From a bacterium (lineage in GTDB: Bacteria > Spirochaetota > Spirochaetia > Treponematales > UBA12059), in assembly GCA_035530295.1 (NCBI GenBank), contig DATKVB010000025.1:114552-178551 (forward strand): DNA of 64,000 nucleotides, in the 5' to 3' direction. Position numbers and translations under genes: made by a program. Of this stretch, positions 29,024-36,797 are shown piece by piece. Position 1 is the stretch's first letter, and each line of letters opens with the position of its first letter. The notes beneath the pieces were generated by a model, which was given only the letters and a program-made list of their open reading frames with translations, had not been told where the DNA came from and searched no databases.

Positions 29024-29203
29024 TCAGTCTGCCATGAGGCTCTTGAGTATCTTCCTGGCGAGTGGTTCTTTTATTTCCGTATGACGAGGAACGGCCTCTA
29101 TCACTCCGTTTTTTGGATTGATCCAGAGCGAATGCGAACTGCCTTCTCGTTTTAGATAGCAGCCGGCGAGTCTCAAGGCGCGTTCAAGATCTTTTCGCTT
29201 CAT
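29024..29203 (-). CDS. hicA: HicA-family toxin (59 aa, absent from the ORF track)
   Basis: Manual translation MKRKDLERALRLAGCYLKREGSSHSLWINPKNGVIEAVPRHTEIKEPLARKILKSLMAD; ATGA overlap with hicB. Confidence 0.88.
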   Translation of the reverse strand: MKRKDLERALRLAGCYLKREGSSHSLWINPKNGVIEAVPRHTEIKEPLARKILKSLMAD

Positions 29204-29421
29204 CCCACTGACACGGCTTCTTGAATGGCATCGGACGGCAAGCCTCGAAGAATATCCTCCCGGCGATCCTCAAGAATCAGTTCGATGGCTTGCCTTAGAT
29301 TGTCTTTGGCTTCTGCGATAGTGTCGCCCTGACCATTGGCTCCGGGTACTTCAATGCAGATTGCCCAGTATCCGCCTTCTGGGGCTGCTTCCATGATTGC
29401 GGTGAATTCAGCTTTCATCAT
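29200..29421 (-). CDS. hicB: Short HicB-family antitoxin
   Basis: EGGYWA...EVPGANGQGDTIAEAKDNLRQAIELIL; no C-terminal DNA-binding domain; GGAGG RBS. Confidence 0.88.
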   Translation of the reverse strand: MMKAEFTAIMEAAPEGGYWAICIEVPGANGQGDTIAEAKDNLRQAIELILEDRREDILRGLPSDAIQEAVSVG

Positions 29422-29532
29422 CAACCCTCCATGATCATCTAATGCAATAGTACCTAAATTCTGACTCTTCTGATAGTGGCTTCCCTGTGCCTGCCGGTCA
29501 TAGCGTGCATGCTGGCGTGCGACTATCTACAA

Positions 29533-29784
29533 GCGGGGGAACCACAGAATGACGCGGGGGAACCATAGAACGTCGCGAAGTAATCATGGAACGTCGCGGG
29601 GGAACCATAGAACGTCGCGAAGTAATCATGGAACGACACGGGGGAACCATAGAACGTCGCGAAGTAATCATGGAACGTCGCGGGGGAACCATAGAACGTC
29701 GCGAAGTAATCATGGAACGACACGGGGGAACCATAGAACGTCGCGGGGGAACCATAGAACGTCGCGAAGTAATCGTAGAATGAC
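29533..29784. repeat. Tandem array of 12 x 21-bp units of two alternating types
   Basis: A = GCGGGGGAACCATAGAACGTC, B = GCGAAGTAATCATGGAACGTC; order A,A,B,A,B,A,B,A,B,A,A,B with minor variants. Confidence 0.95.
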
Positions 29785-29812
29785 GAGAACCTATGAACAG
29801 GGTTGCGCACAC

Positions 29813-29850
29813 AAAAAAAACGAAGGTCGGGTTGTTGCCCGGCCTTCGTT
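29813..29850 (-). terminator. Intrinsic terminator on the minus strand
   Basis: Minus strand AACGAAGGCCGGG-CAACAA-CCCGACCTTCG followed by 8 T. Confidence 0.7.
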
Positions 29851-29878
29851 CGCTATAGAATGAGCGGCCCGATCGGAA

Positions 29879-29929
29879 TCATATCGACGGCCGCGAACCA
29901 TGGATCGGGGCACCGCGTTTGTGGCGCAT
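29879..29929 (-). CDS. Candidate 16-aa small ORF (MRHKRGAPIHGSRPSI)
   Basis: AGGAGG RBS 5 nt before ATG, TTGCGC-N17-TATCAT promoter at 29990-29962, terminator downstream. Confidence 0.3.
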   Translation of the reverse strand: MRHKRGAPIHGSRPSI

Positions 29930-30014
29930 ACATGCCTCCTTGATGGTACTCTGCAACCAGTATGATACGCCTGTCCGCTCGCGGGCGCAAGGGAAGAAAG
30001 AGGTACTGAGCTCG

Positions 30015-30770
30015 ATGTTTGATCTGATTGGCTCATTTTCCCTGGCGCAATGGCTTGTCTTCGCGGTCTCCGCTGTCCTGATCGGCCTGACCAAGGCCGG
30101 GCTGGATGGCGGAGCGCTGATCGCTGTCCCTCTCATGGCGGCGGCCTTCGGGGGGCGTTACTCGTCGGGCCTCCTCCTCGGTGTCCTGATGGCGGCCGAC
30201 CTGCCGGCGATCTGGAACTACCGGCACGACCCCAGTCTCCCCCACCTGCGCAGGACCCTGCCGTGGGCAGTCATTGGCATAGGCGCGGGCGCGGTGGTCG
30301 GGCGGCTGATCCCCGATACGGCTTTCAGGATTGTGATGGGCTCGATGATCATGGTCAGCGCCATCATCATGGGCTACCGGGAGATTACCGGCCAGCGCTC
30401 CATGATCAAAGCCGACTGGAGGGTCAGCGTTCCGCTCGGGATGCTCGCCGGTTTTGCAAGCATGGTGGGCAACGCCGCCGGATCGATCATGGGTCTGTTT
30501 CTGCTCTCCAGCGGGCTTGGCAAGGGCAACATCATCGGCACCTCGGTGTGGTTCTTCTTCCTCCTGAACCTGGTCAAGTTGCCGTTCCACCTGTTTCTGT
30601 GGCACACCGTCAGCCTGCCAACGCTCGGTGCCGACGTGCTGCTGGTCCCTTTGGCCATAGCGTCAACCTATCTCGGCATCAGGCTTGTGCGGCACATCCC
30701 CGAAAAGCCCTACCGCATATTCCTGGTCTGCGCCTCCGCGGCCGGCGGACTGTACCTGCTGCTTCGTTAA
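30015..30770 (+). CDS. Sulfite exporter TauE/SafE-family membrane protein
   Basis: IGLTKAGLDG, GMLAGFASMVGNAAG, FFLLNLVKLPF; multiple TM segments. Confidence 0.85.
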   Translation: MFDLIGSFSLAQWLVFAVSAVLIGLTKAGLDGGALIAVPLMAAAFGGRYSSGLLLGVLMAADLPAIWNYRHDPSLPHLRRTLPWAVIGIGAGAVVGRLIPDTAFRIVMGSMIMVSAIIMGYREITGQRSMIKADWRVSVPLGMLAGFASMVGNAAGSIMGLFLLSSGLGKGNIIGTSVWFFFLLNLVKLPFHLFLWHTVSLPTLGADVLLVPLAIASTYLGIRLVRHIPEKPYRIFLVCASAAGGLYLLLR

Positions 30771-30819
30771 GAGCCCGTCGGGCTTTGCCGGTTCTCCGCT
30801 CAGGATCTATACTCGTTCA

Positions 30820-31542
30820 ATGCGGTTGGGTCGGACTTCAAATGATGGCGAGTTCATACTCATGCTGGGCGATCGGGCCCATGTGGTTCGGTACTGGCAG
30901 GGTGGTACGCGGATAGGTGTTCAGGCGATCACGGGCGAACGGCAAGCCGCGGCGCAGGCATCGCGTTCAATCAGGGTCGATCCGCCAGCCGGAGCCACCC
31001 TCGTCGTCGACGCCAGGTTCTGGTCAGGACTGGCAGCGGATGATGCGCGCATCCTGTCTGGCCTCGCCGCGATGATAATCGCCGAATTGGCTGTCGCCGA
31101 GCCCGGCTCGGAGGCGCTGGCGGGCGCCTATGCTTTGGAGTTCGTAATCATCGCGGGGCGAATCGCGGCGCGCGGCGCTCGCTTTCTGGGAGCGTCGGGT
31201 CAGTGGGTCGAGCCCGATGGTGTCTGGTGTATCGATGACGCCATACGCTACATCGAACGCAACTATGCCGAGTCCTTTAGCCTGGACTGGTTTGTATCGC
31301 GCTGCGCCATCAACGTAACCGACTTCTCGAGGCGCTTCAAGGAGAAGGCAGGCTGTCCGCTCTTCGAGTTCATTAACCGCCAGCGTGTCGCGCGCGCCTG
31401 CGCCCTGCTTAAGTCCTCTGACCTGTCGATCATCGACATAGCGGAGGCGGTGGGCTACAACAATCTGTCTTTCTTCAACCGCTACTTCCTGCGCATCATG
31501 GGCCTTTCGCCCCGCGCGTACCGTACAGGTTCCGCAAAATAG
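30820..31542 (+). CDS. AraC-family transcriptional regulator
   Basis: C-terminal AIRYIERNY...FSRRFKE...IIDIAEAVGYNNLSFFNRYF..IMGLSPRAYR. Confidence 0.88.
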   Translation: MRLGRTSNDGEFILMLGDRAHVVRYWQGGTRIGVQAITGERQAAAQASRSIRVDPPAGATLVVDARFWSGLAADDARILSGLAAMIIAELAVAEPGSEALAGAYALEFVIIAGRIAARGARFLGASGQWVEPDGVWCIDDAIRYIERNYAESFSLDWFVSRCAINVTDFSRRFKEKAGCPLFEFINRQRVARACALLKSSDLSIIDIAEAVGYNNLSFFNRYFLRIMGLSPRAYRTGSAK

Positions 31543-31624
31543 TATCAGTGGCGGCCTCCACAAACTGAACATAGTGCAAGACCGCGCGCGAGAACCGTCC
31601 TATAGTCCAGGTATCAGGGAGGAC

Positions 31625-31903
31625 ATGATGGAAACCGATGATGGACCGGGTCAGGGTTGCGTGGCGATCGGCCAGTTGTCGCTTGAGGCCAACATCGTGG
31701 TTGCCGGCTCGAGCATGAGCGCCATGGATGTTGATCGAGCTCGAGGCGCCGGTCGCCTTGACATGGCCGTGCCGGCGGATCAGTCAGTCTACCTCGAGGT
31801 GGGTGGCGTCGTCGTGGCGGCGGGACTCCTCAGGAAGAAGCGCGGAAGCAGCGTGTTTGTGGTGACGCGGATGATGGCAGATGGCCAGGAGGTGCGGTTA
31901 TGA
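31625..31903 (+). CDS. Small protein, probable degenerate SPOA (FliM-C/FliN-like) domain
   Basis: LEANIVVAG...VYLEVGGVVVAAG.L.....VFVVTRM parallels the SPOA strand pattern; GGAGG RBS; ATGA overlap with fliN. Confidence 0.55.
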   Translation: MMETDDGPGQGCVAIGQLSLEANIVVAGSSMSAMDVDRARGAGRLDMAVPADQSVYLEVGGVVVAAGLLRKKRGSSVFVVTRMMADGQEVRL

Positions 31904-32145
31904 GGACAGGAACAATAGAGGATGCGATGGTGCGCATGCAGGTTGTACTGGGCGAGCGGAGCCTCTCGGTGCGCGACCTGTCGACAATAGCCAAGGGTTC
32001 GATCATCGAGCTCGAGTCCATAGCCGGCGAGCCGGTCGACCTGGTCGCCGCCGGAGAAGTCGTGGCCAGGGGAGAAGTGGTCATCATCGACGAGGCTTTT
32101 GGCATCCGGGTCACGGAGCTTGTCAGCCCGAGGAACGCGTCATGA
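31900..32145 (+). CDS. fliN: FliN-like flagellar switch protein (SPOA domain only)
   Basis: VVLGER.LSVRDL....GSIIELE..AGEPVDL...GEVVARGEVVIIDE.FGIRVTE. Confidence 0.88.
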   Translation: MRTGTIEDAMVRMQVVLGERSLSVRDLSTIAKGSIIELESIAGEPVDLVAAGEVVARGEVVIIDEAFGIRVTELVSPRNAS

Positions 32146-34031
32146 GCGCCGCCATCATCGACGACGCCATCAGCGACGCCAGCAGCGACGATGCCATCGT
32201 TCCGTTGCCCGCATCCATTCTGGGATCGAGGGATGGCAGGGTCGAAGGCAGGAGAATCAAGCGGTACGACTTCAGGCGGCCAGACAAGTTCTCAAGGGAA
32301 CAGCTGCGCACCATGCAGAACATCGCCGAGTCATTCTCCCGTCTTGCTTCCACGCGGCTGTCCGCGTCACTGCGCCTTCCATGCGATCTGTCGCTTGAGA
32401 CCGTTGACCAGCTTACCTACGACGAGTTCATGGCGCCGCTCGCATCGCCATGCGCCCTGGCTATCGCGACTATGGAACCGCTGCGGGGCCAGGTCGTCAT
32501 GCACCTTGACGCGGCGGCCAGCGACGCCATTCTGGAGCGGACCTTTGGCGCGATGCCGCTGCCGACGCCACCGGCGAATCCGCAGCCGCTGGCAATCGGC
32601 GGCCTTACCGACATCGAGGTGTCGCAGCTGGAGCGCGTCGTCACTTCGACTCTGGACGCGCTGGGAGCCGCATGGTCCTTCGTCGATGGTATCAAGCCCA
32701 GGCTCGAGCAGGTGGAGACCGAGGCGCGCTTCTGCCAGGTCGTGCCGCCGCGCGAGATGATAGTGCTGACATCATTCGTGCTGAGCGTTGGCTCGGTCAA
32801 AGGGAAGCTGGACATCGCCTATCCATTCCTGGTGCTGGAGCCGATCATCGGCATGCTGTCGGCCAGGTACTGGTTCGAAAAGCGCAACCCTGTGGAGTCA
32901 GGCCCCGGCGCCGTCACCGCGTGGCGCGCCCCGATGCCGGCCGAGCTGATGCTTGACGCTGGCGCATTGTCCATAGATGCGCTGCGTTCGCTCCGCAAGG
33001 GAGCCATCGTGCCGGTTCCCGACCTTGACAGAGGCCTTGGCTGGTTGCGGCTCGGTGGAGCCAGGGTAGCCGGGCTTGTGGATGTTCGCCGGGGCGATGT
33101 TCGCCGGGGCAGCGCCGCGGTAACCGCCGCCTTCGCTGACGCCGGTGCCGCCTCGAAGAGTGCCGTCGAGTCGAGGCAGGATCCCATGGCGCGCATGGCA
33201 GAAGAGGTGCGCGGCGGCATCACCGCTATCAATGCCAGCGTGTCGGCGGCGATGCAAACCATGGCCGCCCGCATCGACGAGCTCAAGGGTGGCCAGGAGG
33301 ATCTGTCCGACCGTATGCTCTTCGGGCAGTCAGACGCTTCGCTCGCCCGACCCGCGGCCAGGCCATTCGCCTCGCTCGCGGGTGCCCCGGCCGAGGCGCT
33401 GGCTCTGTTCCTCTCGGGTGAGCGCCCCCAGGTATGCGCCCTTATCCTGTGCCATGTCGATGATGGAATCGGGGCGCGGCTGCTGTCGCTTCTGCCCGAG
33501 GCCGTGCAGCCCGAGATAATGCGCCGTGTCGCGTCTATGAGCGGGGTGGCTCCAGACGTGCTGGCCGATGTGGAGCGGATACTGGACGTCAAGTTGTCTG
33601 CCATCGACAGGGCAGGCCCCGAAGCCGGAGGCATCGACAAGGCTGTCGGCATGCTGAACATGGTTCCACGCGAGGTGGAGAAGCGCGTCATAACGAGCCT
33701 GGACCGGACCGATCCGGAAATGGCCGAGTCTATCAAGCGCAGCATGTTTGTATTCGAGGACATCGTGCTCCTCGACGACGAATCGATACGCGCCGTATTC
33801 GAAGCGGCCGACGAGCGCGACATCATACTCGCTATGAAGCCGGTGGCCGAGGAGTTGCGCGAGCGCCTCTTTGGCCGATTTCCCGAAGACCGTCGTGAAC
33901 GCCTCCGGGCTGAATTCGCGAAGCTGGGTCGTATGCGGCTGGCCGAGTGCGACGCGGCGGGGTTCCGCATTGTCGAGGAGATACGGCGGCTGGAACAGGA
34001 AGGCCGCATCGTCATCATGCGGGATCGTTGA
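32142..34031 (+). CDS. FliM-FliG fusion protein (FliM middle plus degenerate SPOA, linker, FliG middle and C-terminal domains)
   Basis: FliM motifs YDFRRPDKFSREQLR, VDQLTYDEF, LTDIE, QVVPP.E, YPFLVLEPI; FliG motifs PF..L, ERPQ..ALIL, GG, MFVFEDI, IRRLEQEG.I in one uninterrupted 629-codon frame. Confidence 0.85.
   Translation: MSAAIIDDAISDASSDDAIVPLPASILGSRDGRVEGRRIKRYDFRRPDKFSREQLRTMQNIAESFSRLASTRLSASLRLPCDLSLETVDQLTYDEFMAPLASPCALAIATMEPLRGQVVMHLDAAASDAILERTFGAMPLPTPPANPQPLAIGGLTDIEVSQLERVVTSTLDALGAAWSFVDGIKPRLEQVETEARFCQVVPPREMIVLTSFVLSVGSVKGKLDIAYPFLVLEPIIGMLSARYWFEKRNPVESGPGAVTAWRAPMPAELMLDAGALSIDALRSLRKGAIVPVPDLDRGLGWLRLGGARVAGLVDVRRGDVRRGSAAVTAAFADAGAASKSAVESRQDPMARMAEEVRGGITAINASVSAAMQTMAARIDELKGGQEDLSDRMLFGQSDASLARPAARPFASLAGAPAEALALFLSGERPQVCALILCHVDDGIGARLLSLLPEAVQPEIMRRVASMSGVAPDVLADVERILDVKLSAIDRAGPEAGGIDKAVGMLNMVPREVEKRVITSLDRTDPEMAESIKRSMFVFEDIVLLDDESIRAVFEAADERDIILAMKPVAEELRERLFGRFPEDRRERLRAEFAKLGRMRLAECDAAGFRIVEEIRRLEQEGRIVIMRDR
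33081..33110 (+). repeat. In-frame 15-bp tandem duplication (DVRRG x2)
   Basis: GATGTTCGCCGGGGC repeated twice inside the fusion gene. Confidence 0.9.
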
Positions 34032-35340
34032 GGTTTGACTCCAGGCAGACATGCAGGCCGGCCTTGACCAGCCGTCTAAAGAACAGGCGCTCCACGTCGT
34101 TCCTGTCGCACAGGCTTCCAAAGCTTATGGACAGGACATCGCCGTGGCTTGTCATCGAAGCGGATGTCTTGATGGTGGGCGCGCAGTTCACCAGGATGTC
34201 CAGCCACTTTACCCTGGACGCGATCGGCTCGGGCAGATTCGCCTTGCCCATGTTGGACAGCACGCCGCTGAACAGCCTGTCGCCATAGATCTGCGACAGT
34301 GCGCGCATCAGCATGTTCTTGAGGGGAAGCGGCAACATGCGCACGAGGATGCTGCGCGACGCTTCCACATTACGCGTGATGATGCGCGTCAGCTCGCCCT
34401 TGTGCATGCCCAGCACCATCTGGCTGTGCACCGACTTGAGAATCTCATCGAAACTGTAATGCGCAAGCCTCGTGTCAAGCTGTGGCGTCAGGAAGAGGCT
34501 GAAATTGCGCATCGTCACCGATGGAAACACGAGGCGCATGTTGGCGGGGATTTCCAGCTTGATTGGCAGGCGCCTGAACCGGCTTGTGCCTGTAGATTCG
34601 GCTTCCTGGATATCCTGCAAGACAGCCAGGTACTGGGCGGCCATGTACTCGGTCAGGGTCGCGGCGTGACTCTTCGCCACCGCCAGGGCGGCCCGTGCCG
34701 ACAACCTGCCGGTCGTGATGCGCAGCTGGCCCAGCGGCAGTATCGCACCGGGTATGTGCCAGGCTGGCTTCTCCATCGGCGGGGCGGGCATGCCAGGGAC
34801 GCTATAGCGGGCGAATGAGTCTTCCCATTCTCCTGGTTCCGGGCTGCCCAGGGGGTCAAGGACTCCGTCTCCGTACTGAACATCGAGTCCGGACAGCCTG
34901 AAATATTCGCCCAGCAGGGTCTTGAGGAGTATCATGCCTCCGGTACCATCGGTGATGATGTGGCTTATCTCCAGGGCAATCCTGTCACGGTATACCCTGA
35001 CGCGATACAGGTGGGCGCCGGGGATGCCGGCCTCGGGCAGCTGCATGGGGTATTTTGAATCGGAGATGGGGGCCAGCGGTTCGCGGTTGCGCTCGAAGTA
35101 GTACCAGAACATTCCCCGGCGCATCTCGACATGGTAGTAGGGCAGGCGGCGGCTTATGGCCCGTATGGCCGTGGCCAGCATGTCGACATCCACCGGCCTG
35201 TCCAGTACAACCTGCAGCCTGAAGAAGGCCGTTGTCCTGGCGTTCATGTTGGCCGGATATATGACGGCCGCATGGTCAAGTGAAAACCATGGCGGCATGC
35301 GCGGCTGTTTTCGTCCCGTATCCATCGTCGATTCCGGCAT
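34015..35340 (-). CDS. CoA-dependent acyltransferase (alcohol acetyltransferase/condensation-like)
   Basis: HxxxDG motif SHIITDGTG, WFSLDHAA..YP, PANMR..FPS.TMRNF, LSNMG. Confidence 0.75.
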   Translation of the reverse strand: MPESTMDTGRKQPRMPPWFSLDHAAVIYPANMNARTTAFFRLQVVLDRPVDVDMLATAIRAISRRLPYYHVEMRRGMFWYYFERNREPLAPISDSKYPMQLPEAGIPGAHLYRVRVYRDRIALEISHIITDGTGGMILLKTLLGEYFRLSGLDVQYGDGVLDPLGSPEPGEWEDSFARYSVPGMPAPPMEKPAWHIPGAILPLGQLRITTGRLSARAALAVAKSHAATLTEYMAAQYLAVLQDIQEAESTGTSRFRRLPIKLEIPANMRLVFPSVTMRNFSLFLTPQLDTRLAHYSFDEILKSVHSQMVLGMHKGELTRIITRNVEASRSILVRMLPLPLKNMLMRALSQIYGDRLFSGVLSNMGKANLPEPIASRVKWLDILVNCAPTIKTSASMTSHGDVLSISFGSLCDRNDVERLFFRRLVKAGLHVCLESNLNDPA

Positions 35341-35349
35341 GCCCGTGCC

Positions 35350-36771
35350 CTATTTCTTCCGTGTCTTCTTTGCCAGGGTCTCGTCGAATACGACAACCGT
35401 TCCGGCCATGTTTATGACATCGCCCGACTCGAGGCGCTTTCGCGTCACCTCATGGTTGTTTACGGTAACCGGCGTGTCCGAGACCACCGTGTATATGTTC
35501 TTGGCCTCGTCGAACAGGATGGTCGCGTGTGACGCCTTGAGCGATGGATTGCCGGCTATGCTGATGTCGGCATCGGGAGCCGCTCCTATGACGGTCTGGG
35601 CGCCGGCGAGTTCAAAGAATCGTGTCGACGCGGGGCCGCCGCCGGGGCCGAAGAGGAGGCGCACGCCGGCACGGTCGGTCTCGCGCTCAAGCTTGAACAG
35701 CACGAGCGCCAGCCATGCCAGCGCCGCTATGCCTACGAACGCCAGGTACCAGACCGGCGGCCTTTGCGCGCTCTGTCCGAGCACGGTGCCGGTAAAGTAG
35801 TAGCGTGTCGCGGAAAGCTTGCGCCCGTCGGTGGTGCCGGTGGCCACGCGGACCCAGCGCTTCTCGCCGCGGGCCATGCCCGCGCGGTAGTCAACCGATA
35901 TTTCGGCAAGTACGTCCTGCCGTATCGTCTGATACACGTCTGCCAGCTCGTCGCCATCCTTCGCGTCAAAGGCGCGGCCGCCGGATTCACGGGCTATGTT
36001 CGCTATCTGCGGGTCGCGCTGTGAACCGAACCTCACGGCGTACACGGTGATGCCATCGCGTATTGCCTGGTCGATGACGCCCGCCGGGGTCGCGGTCGCG
36101 GTGCCCGATTCTGGATTGGGCTTGCCGGTATTCAGAGCGTACGGGTAGTTCTCGCCATCGGACAGGACAATCAGCACGCGCCGTCCAGACTCGGCCGCGA
36201 AGTCGCCAAGGCTGCGGCCAATGGACAGGTATAGCTCGGTAAAGGCGTCAGCCGGGGCTGGACGGCTTATCTCCTCCAGACTGCGCGCGGCATCGGCGCT
36301 CTGGCCACCCGGCGCGACCGCGCTCCAGAACCTGGTATTGAACACCGCAAGGCCAACGCGGTCCTTCGGCGATAACGCGCCCAGGAACGAGCGCGCGGCG
36401 ACCTTGGCGCGTTCAATGCGCATGTCGGCCGCGACGGTGGTTTCCTTGCCGTCCATGTCTGTCCACATGCTGCCGGAGTTGTCCAGCAACAGGAAGAACG
36501 ATATGCCGGCGTCAGCGTTTGGTTGAAGCGATACGTTTGTCACGGGCCGCGGCTGCCAGTCCTTGGCGTCGGCCGATTCCCAGACCTCGAACAGAGGTGG
36601 CTGTGTTCCGGGCGTTGTACCGAGTATTGGTGCCGAGACGTACAGCCTGGTTGTCTGGAGGCCCAGGAGCTTCTCGGTGCCTATCTGCGTTATGGACATG
36701 CCCTGGGCTCCGGCCACAGCGGCGGCGGCGCACAGCAGACCGATTGCCAGCGCGTATTTGAGACTCTTCAT
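35350..36771 (-). CDS. Membrane protein with extracytoplasmic vWA domain and cytoplasmic FHA-like domain
   Basis: Signal peptide, MIDAS LLDNSGSM...LSDGEN, one TM (VWYLAFVGIAALAWLALVLF), C-terminal FHA fold (TVIG, DISI, HA, L.SGDVI). Confidence 0.85.
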   Translation of the reverse strand: MKSLKYALAIGLLCAAAAVAGAQGMSITQIGTEKLLGLQTTRLYVSAPILGTTPGTQPPLFEVWESADAKDWQPRPVTNVSLQPNADAGISFFLLLDNSGSMWTDMDGKETTVAADMRIERAKVAARSFLGALSPKDRVGLAVFNTRFWSAVAPGGQSADAARSLEEISRPAPADAFTELYLSIGRSLGDFAAESGRRVLIVLSDGENYPYALNTGKPNPESGTATATPAGVIDQAIRDGITVYAVRFGSQRDPQIANIARESGGRAFDAKDGDELADVYQTIRQDVLAEISVDYRAGMARGEKRWVRVATGTTDGRKLSATRYYFTGTVLGQSAQRPPVWYLAFVGIAALAWLALVLFKLERETDRAGVRLLFGPGGGPASTRFFELAGAQTVIGAAPDADISIAGNPSLKASHATILFDEAKNIYTVVSDTPVTVNNHEVTRKRLESGDVINMAGTVVVFDETLAKKTRKK

Positions 36772-36797
36772 GGCGATGCTCCTGTTCTCGGGGCGGA

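Noticed and set aside
29533..29784. CRISPR array
   Set aside because: Units are contiguous 21-bp repeats with no unique spacers, and there are no cas genes in the window.
22099..29850. Intact prophage or integrative element
   Set aside because: No integrase, phage or conjugation genes, and no distal att copy seen.
31881..32141. N-terminal 87 aa of the 716-aa ORF in the track
   Set aside because: It overlaps fliN in another frame; the fusion protein most likely starts at ATG 32142.
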